64,000 nt of DNA from Eledone cirrhosa (taxonomy: Eukaryota), in the NCBI GenBank assembly GCA_964016885.1, contig CAXHJY010001498.1, positions 1 to 64,000 on the forward strand, in the 5' to 3' direction. Position 1 is the first letter of the stretch. Each line of letters starts with the position of its first letter. The translations under genes and the position numbers were made by a program. A model generated the notes under the pieces. That model ran no database searches. It saw only the letters and a program-made list of their open reading frames with translations, and had not been told where the DNA came from. Positions 1 to 14,484 of this stretch are shown here, piece by piece.

Positions 1-7
1 AGGAGAC

Positions 8-47
<40 letters not shown>

Positions 48-58
48 TACACACACAT

Positions 59-102
<44 letters not shown>

Positions 103-109
103 GTGCATA

Positions 110-143
<34 letters not shown>

Positions 144-444
144 CATACATATATATACACACAATATATATATGTGTGTGTATGTATATATATGTGTGTA
201 TATAAATGTGTGTATATATGTATACATATATGCATGTATATATATATGCGTGTATATATATATATATATATATGCGTGTATATATATATATAATATATAT
301 ATATATATGCGTGTATATATATATATACTATTATATATATATATATATATATTATATATATGTATCATATATATATGCGTGTATATATATATATATATAT
401 ATGCGTGTGTATATATATATATACGTGTGTATATATATATATAC

Positions 445-484
<40 letters not shown>

Positions 485-517
485 GTGTTTATATATAAAT
501 ATATATATATATACGTG

Positions 518-558
<41 letters not shown>

Positions 559-939
559 TATACGTGTATATATATATATATATAGATATAGATAGATAGA
601 TAGATAAATATAAGGAGACAATGAGGAGAGGAGGAGGGAGTGAGAAAGGTAGAGGTAGAAGAAGCACGGGGGGGGGTAGATAGTATCTATGTGACGGGAT
701 TCAGAAGGAACGAGCGTCAACCAAACATTAGATGGAATAATCGAATATAAGAATCAAAAGAATGGAAACAACGAACAGGAATGTAGGTAGGTTCGTGTCC
801 GTACGGGTTAATGTTGTACGGTTAGATAATGGCGAAATTTGTTTTCAATATAAACTGCAAATCTGATCCTACTTAAAAGGAAAAGGAATCTCTCACATCT
901 CAATCTCGCAATCTCTCTCTCTCTTTCTCTGTCCCTGTA

Positions 940-1043
<104 letters not shown>

Positions 1044-1089
1044 GTATATATGTATATATATCCATATATATATGCATATATATGTGTGT

Positions 1090-1132
<43 letters not shown>

Positions 1133-1173
1133 AATTCATATTTGTATATAATTATATATATATATATATATTC

Positions 1174-1207
<34 letters not shown>

Positions 1208-1303
1208 ATGTGTGTGTTTATATATATGTATATATATGTATATATATGTATATTTATGTGTGTATATATGTACATGTATGTATATATATATTTATATATA
1301 TAT

Positions 1304-1345
<42 letters not shown>

Positions 1346-1634
1346 CTTGCTAAGCCAGTGAAGCCAAGCCAAGCCAAGCTAACCTTAACACGCTTTCGTC
1401 TTTAGTCCAACTTATTTCATTCCATATTAAGGTTTTCGGTTAGAAAAGCGCGGTCAAGATATGGTTCAAGAGACAAATGGACCGGCCGCCATTTTACTAA
1501 AAGTTATATACAACAGAATTGAAAGAAAAGCTTTCATATTCAGAGATGTTCTTACTGCGCATGACTGGACTTCACATGACTTGGCTCGGCATCCATGTAT
1601 TTATGAATTCCATCAATGCTATTGTGTAAACACC

Positions 1635-1701
<67 letters not shown>

Positions 1702-1954
1702 AATAAAATATGGATATATATATACATATATATATAATGTGCGTAGATGGACAAATAGATATATATATATAGAGGGAGAGAGAGAGTGAGAAAGAAAAAA
1801 TATTTATATCCATGTTGTACAGACGATATTTATATATACATACATTCGTGTGCGTGTGTCCATGTGCGTTACTGTAATACAATTGATCGATACTAAACCC
1901 TGTAGTTTTGGATTCAATCCCAGCACGCCTTACTATGGCCAAATGATATATATA

Positions 1955-2017
<63 letters not shown>

Positions 2018-2019
2018 AT

Positions 2020-2195
2020 TCAGGGAGCCAGTCCAGGAAACGAACTCATGACATTATTTTCGTAAGTCCAACAACTTAACCATCGGATCAACATGAAATA
2101 ATGTGTTTTGTACAAGAACACAGCTCAGTTCAGAAATCGAACCAACGACATTATGGTTATAAGTCCAACACCCTTACCATCAGGCCACGTACCAT
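2020..2195 (-). mobile_element. Two degraded tRNA-derived SINE heads (OR-like)
   Basis: Reverse-strand B-box remnants (ggaaacgaactc, gaaatcgaacc) and 'gaaataatgtgttttgtacaagaacac', similar to the SINE head at 57720-57842. Confidence 0.5.
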
Positions 2196-2319
2196 CACTA
2201 ATACTCCATTACCCATCCGATAAATTGTTTTATTGTTGTTGTTGTTGTTGTTTTTTTATCTAAGTTTGTAAAATTACTATTTCTGAATAATTTTAAGGAA
2301 GATATTACGTTAAAATAAT

Positions 2320-2490
2320 TGTTTCTGCTTTAGGCACAAGGCCAGCAATTACCCAGTGCAATTACTGGTACTTTATTTTATCGACCCCGTAAGGATGAAA
2401 GGCAAAGTCAACCTCGGCGGGATTTGAACTCAGATCGTAAAGGGACGTAACTATGCCGACCCTCTACCGATACTGCCAATCCACCACCCT
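2320..2490 (-). mobile_element. tRNA-derived SINE (Octopus OK-like), near full length with 18-bp TSD
   Basis: Minus strand: A box TGGCAGTATCGG, B box GAGTTCAAATCC, central GCCTTTCATCCTTACGGGGTCGATAAAATAAAGTACCAG, tail GGCCTTGTGCCTAAAG; TSD atattacgttaaaataat at 2302-2319 and 2491-2508. Confidence 0.9.
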
Positions 2491-2559
2491 ATATTACGTT
2501 AAAATAATGCTGCTAGATTGTTCCAGCCATATTTCTCACCATCATAGCTTTAGAGATCA

Positions 2560-3017
2560 AGAGCTGAAGAAAAAATTGAGATATCACATCTCCCATACTA
2601 TGAGCATGTGGGTAGAATGTCTCAGGGATGAATCGCTTGTGTCACTCAAGGTAAAGCTGCTACTTCTCCGAATTGAGAGATCACAGCTCCGATACTATGA
2701 ACGTGTGGTTAGAATGTCTCAGGAAAGAATCGCTGGAGAGACAGATTTTACTGGCGAAACCAACAGGCAGGAGACCCAGGGGTAGATCCCGAGCAAGATG
2801 GCTGGGTATATATATCCATGAACTTGGCTGGTCAGGCTTGGGGATCCAGCCAGATCAGTTGGAGACGGTTGCTTCTAATAGGACTCACTGGAGGGAGTGT
2901 TTGAGGACTCTGACCCCACGACCCTCTCTAGAAAAAGAAAAAGAAGAAAGAAAAGAAGAAAAAGAAGAAAAAAAAAGAAAAAGAAGAAAAAGAAGAAAAA
3001 GAAGAAGAAGAAGAAGA
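2560..3017 (+). mobile_element. 5'-truncated RTE-clade LINE 3' end with (GAA)-rich tail
   Basis: Frameshifted peptide LLLRIERSQLRYY..VVRM.QER / RQILLAKPTGRRPRGRSRARW..IHELGW..LGI..LETVASNRTHW matches RTE ORF C-termini; second copy at 18295. Confidence 0.85.
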
Positions 3018-3749
3018 TTTTATCAAAATGTAACTAGATATAAGGTAGCGTGCTGGCCAAATACTTTGAAGACGTTTATATTCCTCACTCTCTTCGTATT
3101 TGCTTTCGAATTTGTAAAATATTTATCCAATACTTCTCCAGTCATTTGTGCACTCTCTTTCTCTCTCCGCATCTTCAGCTTTTCGTCTTTCATTCGTCTT
3201 TTTGGGTTGGAATGATACTTTCGTAATTTTGGTATTCAGTGTCTTTTGATTAATTCTCAATTCCGTCAACTTTTTCCAGTTCCTGTATAGTTCATTATTA
3301 TATATTTTTTGATTTTGTTGTATCTTTTTTTCGGGTTTCTAGTGCACGTGCATGACACATGCTAGCATCATGTAGCTTATGCCACACATGCAGGCTCCAT
3401 GTGGCATATACCACACATGCTAGCACATGCTAGTAGATGTTCAACAGACGAGTTGTAGAGATTTGTCTTTAAAATTTCATTTTCATCCGGCAATAATCGA
3501 CCTCTGCTCCGGCAAGAACTGGCCTCTTCATCAGCGACAGACAGACGGAAAGTGTAGATATGGTATGATTTTAGGTTAGGATTCTTTTAGTATTTCAATC
3601 CAGGTATTCTCAGATCAAAGAACTTGGCTCCCAGAGAAGAAATATTAGCCTATTGAGAAATTGGGAAGGAATCATTAGAGTGTATTGTATGTGTGTGTAA
3701 GTTAAGGAAGGACTTATCGATCGTTCGTTTTGTTTAGAACTGTTTCAGC

Positions 3750-3889
3750 TCCACATTTGAAAAGGGGGTTGTAGCCCTGAAATATGTTAAAATAAACTGG
3801 GCAAAGCATTACTTTGTATAGTTTTATTTGTCATCATTTGCCCTTTGTATTTTTCTAACGCATTGTACAAGCGTTTTGAAACTTATGAG

Positions 3890-3893
<4 letters not shown>
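3750..3893 (+). mobile_element. Degenerate hammerhead-like element abutting (TA)n
   Basis: TTGAAAA (3757-3763), gggg/ccct stem II, GAAA (3779-3782), tatGTT; stem I poorly paired. Confidence 0.4.
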
Positions 3894-3956
<63 letters not shown>

Positions 3957-3959
<3 letters not shown>

Positions 3960-4242
3960 ATCAAAAGATGGTTAAAAGAGTTCCATCTTTTGCTCTTATA
4001 TTATTTATACTCCAGTCCTATAAACTGTTGAGTGCTACTTATCCGATATTTGCATTGCTTTATTGTGGTACAATAAAACTCACCTCCTACATGTATATAT
4101 ATATATATATATATATACAATGATATTAAATGATATTTAATATCATTGAATATTTACTCCAGTTATCTGTTGAGTCTCTAAATCAGTTATAAACATTTAT
4201 GTTTGTCGGACTTCCAACAAATTAAAGACAACTTCTACTTTA
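3957..4242 (+). mobile_element. Two TA-embedded 3' fragments related to hammerhead family B, each with a short 5' inversion
   Basis: 4118-4242 aligns by eye to 17790-17920 (tactcc...tgagt...atcagttataaa...ccaacaa.ttaaa..aacttctac); both pieces begin with short inverted repeats (aagatcaaaagatgg/ccatcttttgctctt; aatgatattaaat/atttaatatcatt). Confidence 0.6.
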
Positions 4243-4257
4243 TATATATATATATAT

Positions 4258-4432
4258 GTTTTAATATAGATGAGATTCTACAGGACTAGAACTGCTTCAT
4301 TCTGTAGAAATCATCAGAGATTCCTGATGATTTCTAAAGAATGAAACAGTTTTAGTCCTGTAGAATCTCATCTATATTAAAACTTTTATACTCTGCTATG
4401 TATTGAGTACCTTACTTACTGTGGTTACCTCC
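4258..4432 (+). mobile_element. Hammerhead family A element (Penelope-like pLTR/retrozyme-type) with inverted duplication
   Basis: Near-perfect inverted repeat 4258-4383 plus 3' extension tactctgctatgtattgagtaccttacttactgtggttacctccga; homologs at 29611, 38429, 51636, 60494. Confidence 0.85.
4319..4367 (+). ncRNA. Type I hammerhead ribozyme (GUA cleavage triplet)
   Basis: gattc-CTGATGA-tttctaaagaat-GAAA-cag-ttttagtc-ctg-TA-gaatc: stem I gattc/gaatc, stem III cag/ctg, canonical core; stem II short with a U-U closing mismatch. Confidence 0.8.
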
Positions 4433-4575
4433 GATGACGGTGGAGGTGGTGGTATTGTTGATGGTCGGAATGACGGTGGAGGTGGTGGTATTGTTGATGG
4501 TGGGCATGACGGTGGAGGTGGTGGTATTGTTGATGGTGGGCATGACGGTGGAGGTGGTGGTATTGTTGATGGAAA
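4433..4575. repeat. 36-bp minisatellite x4
   Basis: atgacggtggaggtggtggtattgttgatggtgggc repeated with 36-bp period. Confidence 0.95.
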
Positions 4576-4718
4576 GGGTGGTGGAATGGTAACCGTTTCA
4601 AAACACAAATTTAACGAGATACTAACGTCAACGTAAGGTCCGCCATTAAAATTATGTGTGTGTCAACGGAATGAAATATTGAACATTTTCAAGTTGGTGT
4701 GTGTGTGTGTGTGTGTGT

Positions 4719-4883
<165 letters not shown>

Positions 4884-5228
4884 AGTGTCTGTGTGTGTGT
4901 GAGAGAGAGTGTGTGTGTCAGTGTGTGTGTGTGTGTGTGGATATGTATCTGAGAAAGTGTGTGTGCATGAATGTGGGTGTGTGATTGTACGAGTGTGTGT
5001 GTGAATAGGAATATTTATATATATATATATGCGTGTGCGTGTGTGTATATATATATATATATGTGTGTGCGTGTGTGTGTATATATATATGTGTGTGTCG
5101 AGGGAATGTAATATTAAATATTTTCAAAACTATGTGTGTGTGGTGAAGAAAAAGAGAAATTAAGATGAAAAGAAAACGAAAGAATAATGAATGTTTCTGT
5201 ATTAATAAATATTACTACACACACACAC

Positions 5229-5261
<33 letters not shown>

Positions 5262-6046
5262 GTTAACACACACACACATATATATACATACAATACATAC
5301 ACAAACAATATATATATATATATATATATGAATGTATGAATATATATATATACATGTGTATATACATCCATACATATATACAATACATACAGACACATTC
5401 ACTCTCATAGACTTACAAACACTTGTATATAGGCACACACATGCAAGGACACACACACACACACACACACACATACACAGACATACACAAAGAAACACAC
5501 AAACACACAAACACACAAACAAACACACTGACACACACACACACACACACACACATCCGACTAAGTTAAAAAAACATTAAAAATTAAATTTTCATTATAT
5601 TTCATTTGGAAAACAGTTAGGTACAAGGAAGAAAGATGTGGTGTCAACTTCGGTAGTGGGAGGAATAGGCAGGGAGGAAGGAGAATTTAAATTATCAACA
5701 TTAATTAGATTAACGACAATTTAATTACTATGAAGTATCCGGAGGTGTATTTAGGGGTGAGTTATTACCCACCGACACACACTCTCTCTCACCCGTTCGT
5801 AGCTGGTTGTCTTGTTTTTTTTTATATTTTACTAATATATTAAACAATCTGTTAGATTTAGGCCTGTTTCTGCGAGATTATAGAGAAAAGCACCTTGGTA
5901 TTTTCTTGTCGCCAAATTGCAGACAGATTAACAGGCGGGTAGGCTCTGGAAGGTAGGATGGTATGGAGGATTCACTATACTCCCCGAACAACCCCACCAA
6001 ACAAGCAGACACACACGGACAAGAGGGCTCTCTCTCTTTCTTTCTT

Positions 6047-6084
<38 letters not shown>

Positions 6085-6219
6085 GCACACACACATCTCT
6101 GCTGTAGTTAAAGATTATGTAAAAAATACCTTCTAATGTAGCAGGATACCTGTGGTTTCATGGCAGTTAAACCCTGGAGTGGGATGTTTTTTTTTTAATT
6201 TATCTCAACTGAATAATTA

Positions 6220-6525
6220 GAGAGAGGGGGAGGGGGGGGGGCTGAGGCAGAGAGAGAAAAAGAGTGAATGAGTGAGAGAGAGAGTGAGAGAGAGAGAGAA
6301 CGAGAAAGAGAAGAGAGAAAGGGAAAGAGAGCGAGAGAAAGAGAGAAAGAGAGATAAAAAGAGAGAGATAAAGAGAGAGAAAGAGAGAGAGAGAGAAAAA
6401 GAGAGAGAAAAAAGAGAGAAAAAGAGAGAGGGATAAAGAGAGAGAGAAAGAGAGAGAGAAGAGAGAGAAAGGGAAAGAGAGCGAGAGAAAGAGAGAAAGA
6501 GAGAAAGAGAGAAAGAGAGAGACAA

Positions 6526-6556
<31 letters not shown>

Positions 6557-6640
6557 AAGAGAGAGAAAGAAAGAGAGAGAAAGATATATAGAGAGAGAGA
6601 GCGAGAGAGAAAGAGAGAGAGAGAGAGCGAGTGAGAGAGA
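6220..6640. repeat. Degenerate GA-rich microsatellite
   Basis: Direct inspection. Confidence 0.95.
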
Positions 6641-6779
6641 GGGGCAGAGCCCACGATTATTTTCAGGGCATCCCATCACAAGGGTGTGTGGGGGGAATAT
6701 GTCCTCACACAGGTGACATGTGCCGAATGCCTGCAACAAAGAGAAATTCGCTGAAGGTAGCCAATGATCTTTAAAGTAC

Positions 6780-6955
6780 AAGTACAATAGTTGTGACATC
6801 GAATGTGAAAGGCTAACCCTTCGAATTACAGGTACAATCAGTGTGACACAGAATGTGACATAGCTGACCCTTCGAATTACTGCTACAACAGATTTTTGCC
6901 GGTTATCGACCCTAGGATCGCGATCCGGATACCCTAACCACAAGGCCACACGCAC
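6780..6955 (-). mobile_element. OR1/OR2-like SINE fragment with internal tandem duplication
   Basis: gtgacacagaatgtgacatagctgacccttcgaattac duplicated; head remnant ccctaaccacaaggccacacgc; related to 63410-63700. Confidence 0.65.
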
Positions 6956-7814
6956 ATTTTGTTACGTTGACTCGGTCGTATGACATTAAAGAAACACGTT
7001 TGTAGCGGAATACTCAACCACTTACTCTACAATAAAATATAGATTCTATCTGCTATTTAAATATCCTTGAGTACCTTTAGCGTATTTATCTTTGTAGTAT
7101 ACTGGTAAATATTGGTAAATACTGGTAAATACTACCAGAATGTATTGATGCCAGTTGTCAAGGATTAAGGTTTTTCTGTCAAGGGTTAGCTAACTACATC
7201 CGTTTGTTTGAAACATAGCGTAAACACTCGCTGGCTTTGTTGGTGACACAGGATTTAGATGTAACCTTTTGATTTAATCCAACAGATGCTTGGAAGTAAA
7301 CAGAGATAAAATGTACAGCTAAATCCATACAGTCGTGATAATATTTATCAGAAATAACAATCTCAAAATATTTCTTAGTAAAGAGTTTACGCTCAGAATT
7401 ATGAAATACTTGTCTTAAAGATATGATCTCGGGGTTAAATCTTCCAGAATGTCTTACACAATCACCTCACAGGTCAAATCTTACTATATTTATTACTTGT
7501 AATAATCTAGACAGGAATATGTTGACAAACAACAGATAACAGTGCCTTTCCTTAGAAATATATGAACGGGAGAGCTAAACCTATCAACATCAGAGGTAAA
7601 TATGTAAATAAAAGGACTAAATATAGCAACAGAAGTGTTAAATATGTAAGCAAAAGGCTAAATATGAAAACGGAAGGGGTAAATATATTAACGAAGAGGC
7701 TAAACCTATGGAGAGAAGGGCTAAATATATGAACGGAAGGGCTAAAAAAAAACAGCTTTAAAGTTTATATGAAGCTGTAGCCTGATCACTTTCACATTTT
7801 ATAATAGCCCAGAT

Positions 7815-7950
7815 GTGGTGTGCCGTGATGGTGGTGTGCCATGGCTGTGGTGTGCCGTGATGGTGGTGTGCCATGATGGTGCTGTGCCGTGGCTTTTGTG
7901 TGCCGTGTCTATGGTGTGCCATGATGGTGGTATGCCGTGGCTATGCTGTG
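7815..7950. repeat. GTGGTGTGCC-based minisatellite
   Basis: Repeated gtggtgtgccgtgatg/gtgtgccatgg units. Confidence 0.85.
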
Positions 7951-7954
7951 GAAA

Positions 7955-8097
7955 TTCTATTAAATTGACGCCCAGTGAGTTACTAGGACTTTATTTTATC
8001 GACCCGTAAGGATGAAAAGCAAAGCTAACTTCGTCGGGATTCGAACTCAGAATGTAAAGGGACGTAACTATAAGCCACAAAAATATGTTGTCCGAAT
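7955..8097 (-). mobile_element. OK-like SINE, partial
   Basis: ttttatcgacccgtaaggatgaaaagcaaag...gggattcgaactcagaatgtaaagggacgtaac. Confidence 0.85.
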
Positions 8098-9341
8098 AAT
8101 AATAATAATAATGATGATAATAAAATAATAATGATGATGATGATAATAAACGATGATGGTCGTGTTTCTGAGGATAAATAAGTGTTGAAACGATCTCTGC
8201 CTACAACAACAACAACAGCGACACCAACTACAACAACAATAATGACACCAACTACAACAACAATTACAACAACAGCAGCGACGACGGCCGTGATGATACA
8301 AGGAATTGAATATTTATTCAATAAAAGCGGATTTATCGATCAAGCGAATGGCTTTATTGTTGAAGGCAACACCGAATCTTTGCTGATTGAATGAGATAAT
8401 TGCGCTGACATATGTAAATAAACTCTTAAAAATCTGTCGCTTCTAGTTTCTTCAACAGCATCCATTAACAAAGGACGACTTGTTTGGGCGGCCATATTGT
8501 ATTGGGCGGCCATATTGTAAACCGCGGTCATTTGTGTTTCCAGACGCTAAATTCTTTCTTTCTTCCTTTAATTCTTTTGTTTTGTTCTTGTTCTTGTTAT
8601 TTTTTTTTTTTTTTTGTTATTTTCTTTTCTTTCGTTATTAGTTTTGGGATTGTTTTTGGCTTGGCGTGGTTTGGCAGGGTTTGGTGTGGCTTGGCTAGGT
8701 TTGGCGTGGTCTGGCGAGGTTTGGTGTGGTTTGCTTATGTCTCTTCTACTTTCTGTTCTTTGTAGGAAGCAGCACAAATCTGCATATCACTTTGGTCCGT
8801 TCTGTTCATCATGATGTACACAACTAGACATCAAACGTAGTGAATAAAAGCACACCCGCACTACCAAAACATATGTGTATGTGTTTCCTTGTGCGTGTGG
8901 GTGTGTATGTGCGAGTGTGTATATACATTTATATATATATACATATATATATATGTGTGTGTGTATACATATATATGTATACGCTTTTAAAAACACAAAC
9001 GTAAATATATACAAATAAATATATATAGAGAGTGATTTATGAATATATATATATATATATATATATAAAGAGAGAGAGGTTTATGAATATATATGGATGT
9101 GTATATATATATATATATATACATAAAAGGATCAGAATTAGAGTATTCTTTCTATCTAATTGCCAACCTGTAGGTGTTGTTTTCCATACGGTAACGGTTA
9201 AACTCACATGTAATAATTCTTTACACACATCTCACTGTGTAACACACTTCTCTCTGTGTAATATATTTATATATATATATATACAGTATATACAGTTGTA
9301 TACAGATACTATGTATGTGTGTATCTAAATATTTATATGTT

Positions 9342-9375
<34 letters not shown>

Positions 9376-9405
9376 TTCCCAGCAATACAAAAGATGCCTC
9401 GAAAG

Positions 9406-9437
<32 letters not shown>

Positions 9438-9529
9438 CTGTGTGTGTGTGTGTGTGTGGTGTATCTCTCTCTCTCTCTCTCATATATATAAATATATATA
9501 TATTCCCAGCAATACAAACATGCCACGAA

Positions 9530-9570
<41 letters not shown>

Positions 9571-9590
9571 GTGTATGTATCTCTCTCTCT

Positions 9591-9635
<45 letters not shown>

Positions 9636-9824
9636 CCACATTACAGTAACATTGTAACCATGGTGGTTTGGTTGTCAATGCAGGAAGGATTAAAAGCAAC
9701 GTTTTGCTATTATTCATATTAGAATTAATCCTCTCGTTTGGAGACCATTTACTGAAGAACGAGCTGTCAAAGACAGGGAAAGATAAATATGGACGTTCAT
9801 TAATGATTATAAATATGTAGCAGA

Positions 9825-9888
<64 letters not shown>

Positions 9889-10091
9889 TGAAAGGTATAG
9901 AAATTGTTTTAGCGAGAAGCTAATAGTATTCTATAATATATATATATATATATATAAGATATACATTATATATATTTATAAAAACAGGCACACAGGCACA
10001 TCTACTTGTACGGTGTGTGTGAATAAATATATATATATATATGCATCCATATATACACGTATATGTATATATATACATTTATATATACATA

Positions 10092-10150
<59 letters not shown>

Positions 10151-10159
10151 TTATACACA

Positions 10160-10205
<46 letters not shown>

Positions 10206-10283
10206 TATACATGCATTTATACATACACACGCAGATGTATATATATATATATATATAAACAAGTGAATAAATATCCTATTATA

Positions 10284-10340
<57 letters not shown>

Positions 10341-10590
10341 GCATACATACACTAGTATGAGTGTATATTACATTTGCAATGTAAGCGTGACCAGGCAAGT
10401 GACTATAATAATAGAATAATAGACAAACGTATAAATAATAGTTTAGAATGTCTGGGAACATGAAACAGGGGCTGTTGCGAGGACCGTGAACCCGGAGCCT
10501 TTCAGATGCCGGACGAGAAAAACGGTGTTAAGATTGAAATACTCACATATACATATATATACACAAACACATATTTATACACACATATAA

Positions 10591-11005
10591 AGAAATGTAA
10601 GCTATCGCCGTATTTTTACTAAAGAAATTAAAGAAATTACTTAGCCTGATAGTGGGGTTAAGAACCCTCGGAGAAATGGAAAAAGATGAGTATTGACGTA
10701 CATGGGAGACGAACCCACATCTTTGGTTATCCGGACCACTGTGCTACCATTTACACCAACACATCACCCGTCTTTTTCCATTCAAATAAGAAGCTATAAT
10801 CTTAGCGACTGTAATGTCAAGTAAGAATATTTTAGAAACAGCGAGTGGGTTTGAAATTATTAGAAATGTAAGCTATCGCCATTTCTCCGAGGGTTCTTAA
10901 CCCCACTATCAGGCTAAATAATTTCTTTAATTTCTTTAGTCAAAATACGGCGATAGCTTATATTTCTAATAATTTCAAACCCACTCGCTGTTTCGAAGAT
11001 ATTCT

Positions 11006-11008
<3 letters not shown>
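10591..11008. mobile_element. TA-embedded ~271-bp unit with terminal redundancy plus inverted junction copy, containing a tRNA-like module
   Basis: agaaatgtaagctatcgcc at 10591 and 10862 (direct); 10879-11008 is the reverse complement of segments 10821-10880 and 10591-10679; partial homolog at 62585-62720. Confidence 0.75.
10694..10765 (-). ncRNA. tRNA-like cloverleaf (not a decoding tRNA) followed by an oligo-T pol III terminator
   Basis: GATGTGT-TG-GTGT-AAATGGTA-GCAC-A-GTGGT-CCGGATA-ACCAA-AGAT-GTGGG-TTCGTCT-CCCAT-GTACGTC-A; 72 nt with four arms; anticodon loop lacks U33; TTTTT about 10 nt downstream. Confidence 0.7.
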
Positions 11009-11068
<60 letters not shown>

Positions 11069-11182
11069 TATTGTAAATATATACATTCGTAAAGGCGTTA
11101 AACCTTGCTTGTGTATGTATATTTGTGAGCATTCATACATACTTACATACAAAGATACTCACACACATCGCTCTCTCCCCCC

Positions 11183-11257
<75 letters not shown>

Positions 11258-11579
11258 ACACACGCACACGTATATATATTCCCCCATATACATACATTAA
11301 AATTGATATAGTTATAAACACTAAAACGATAGAAAGTTTTGTCTGCGTGTCTGTAATATATCCGTCATTACATTACACAAGTTTATTACCCATCTTCAGG
11401 TGAGTGTATATAAGATACGGTTGTGTTGTTTACAGGGTATATAGTGACGAGTGTATATAGAGCCCCGCATACCGAAACGACACAGCAATCTGGTGTTTTT
11501 TGAAAAATCTTTTAATCCTTCCGACATATTTCAGCACATACACACACATACATGTATACGTGCGTATATATACACACAT

Positions 11580-11607
11580 ATATATGTATATATAGATATA
11601 TATATAC

Positions 11608-11704
<97 letters not shown>

Positions 11705-12316
11705 CATACATATATATATATATATACATATATATACATATATATACATATATATATACACATACATATATATATACACATACATATATATATACACATA
11801 CATATATATATACACATACATATATATATACACATACATATATATATACACATACATATATATACATATATATACATATATATATATATACATATATATA
11901 TACACATACATATATATATACATATATATATACACATACATATATATATACACATACATATATATATACACATACATATATATATATACACGTAAGTATA
12001 TATATTTATATACATATATACACGTAAATATATATAAATATATATATTTACGTATATATATATATATATATTTACGTATATATATATATATATATATATT
12101 TACGTATAGATATATATATTTACGTATAGATATATAGATATAGATATTTACGCAATATATTTATATATATTTACGTATATATATATATATATATTTACGT
12201 ATATATATATATATATATTTACGTATATATATATATATATATTTACGTATATATATATATATATATTTACGTATATATATATATATATATTTACGTATAT
12301 ATATATATATATTTAC

Positions 12317-12382
<66 letters not shown>

Positions 12383-12496
12383 GTATATATATAAATATAT
12401 ATATTTACGTAAATATATATATATATATATATATTTACATATATATATATATATATATTTACGTATATATATATATATATCTATATATATATTTAC

Positions 12497-12546
<50 letters not shown>

Positions 12547-12570
12547 TTACGTATATATATATATATACTT
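11580..12570. repeat. Compound (TA)n/(TACA) array grading into a TTTACG(TA)n minisatellite
   Basis: Direct inspection. Confidence 0.95.
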
Positions 12571-12632
12571 ATTTTGTCTTTGTAGCACAACTTAAGCATT
12601 AACTAATGTAAATGCCATAAAAACGCATTGCA

Positions 12633-12706
<74 letters not shown>

Positions 12707-12856
12707 CATATATATAAGCGTTGAGGATGTACAGGAAAAATGTGTATACGAAAAAAAAATGAAAAAAATAACCCAGAAACGCACCAAACAAATTCGTGGA
12801 AGCAACGACAAAAAATTCTCTCTCGCACATATCTATATATATACACACACATATAT

Positions 12857-12931
<75 letters not shown>

Positions 12932-12989
12932 TACACTTCTAAAGATGGGAATTAGATACGCCGAAGTAGCTACATTTAAAAGGCCAAAG

Positions 12990-13920
12990 AGACACAACAA
13001 CAGTAACAACAACAGTAACAACAACAATAACAACAGTAACAACAATAACAACAACAGTGACAACAATAAACATCAAACAATAATAACAACAACAACATGA
13101 GCAATCACATCAACCACAAGCCGCCTAACACAAGGTTCTGTATCACCACAAAAACCACCTCAACAATAGCGAGAGCAATTTTAACAACAACAACAACAAC
13201 AATAACAGCAACTAAAACAGCGACGAACGCCACCACCACCATCAACACAACCACCAACATAACAACACTATCACCATCACCACCACCAACATCAGCACCA
13301 CCACCCCCAACAGCACCACCACCAACACCACCATCAACACAACCACCAACATAACATCACTATCACCACCAACACCAACACCACCACCATCAACACAACC
13401 GCCAAAGCCACCACCACCAACGCCAAGAACACCACCACCACTACCACCACTACAACTACCACCACCACCATCGCCATCACCACAAACACCACCACCAACA
13501 CAACATCACAACTACTTCTCCGTCACCACCACCAATATCCCCACTACCACAATTTCAACATCACCCCCACAAACATCACCACAACATAAACCACACTACA
13601 CCACCAACACCACCACCACCAACACCACCACCACAACCACAACACCACCACACCAACACTACAATATCGCCACCACCACCACCACCACCACCACACCAAC
13701 ACTACAATATCGCCACCACCACCACCACCACAACCAGAACACCACCACACCAACACCACAATATCACAACCACCAACACCACCACAAACATCACCACCAC
13801 CACCACCACCACCACAATATCACCACAACCACTACCACCACAACCACTAACATCACCACCACACCACAACACCACCAACACAACCACACCACCACCACCA
13901 CCACACAACATAACACAATA
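12990..13920. repeat. (AAC)n/(CAC)n trinucleotide-derived low-complexity tract
   Basis: Direct inspection. Confidence 0.9.
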
Positions 13921-14126
13921 CAAAAATGATAAGAAAGAAATAAAGCCAACGAGATGAAAAGACTCCAAGAATGAGATGGAAATTTAGCGGAAAAGAAGTT
14001 GGAGGAATTTCTTCGATATTTTAACATATTTTGAGACAAGTTAGTATCATAACTGACAGATGTGGTTTTATCAGGACTGGAGATTGTATGGTGTATATAT
14101 ATATATATAGTGTACATATATATGTA

Positions 14127-14163
<37 letters not shown>

Positions 14164-14176
14164 TACATATATATGT

Positions 14177-14223
<47 letters not shown>

Positions 14224-14236
14224 TACATATATATGT

Positions 14237-14275
<39 letters not shown>

Positions 14276-14311
14276 TACAATGATATGTATGTATATATAT
14301 ATATAAATTGC

Positions 14312-14367
<56 letters not shown>

Positions 14368-14369
<2 letters not shown>

Positions 14370-14448
14370 GTTATGACAAAAAAATGTATACACACTTCAA
14401 CAGCATTTTTATCAAAGTCTGTAGTATGTATTCTTTTGGGACACCCAG

Positions 14449-14450
<2 letters not shown>
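14368..14450. mobile_element. Tc1/mariner-type MITE remnant
   Basis: Right end ttttgggacacccagta (reverse complement TActgggtgtcccaaaa); similar end at 40116 (tacagtgtgttcccaaaaatgtatac). Confidence 0.45.

Positions 14451-14484
<34 letters not shown>

Noticed and set aside
3020-3300. Short minus-strand reading frame (MKDEKLKMRREKES...FKVFGQHA), vaguely MADF/BESS-like
   Set aside because: Under 60 codons, no diagnostic motif and no clear splice sites.
8290-8535. Unique island with short ORFs and a duplicated ttgggcggccatattgta; scattered YY1-like AANATGGCG motifs across the window
   Set aside because: No recognisable protein, and motif enrichment cannot be established without a background model.
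10694-10765. Functional tRNA gene
   Set aside because: The anticodon loop lacks U33 and purine 37, the anticodon differs between the two copies, the acceptor stem has several G-U pairs, and it sits within a repeat.
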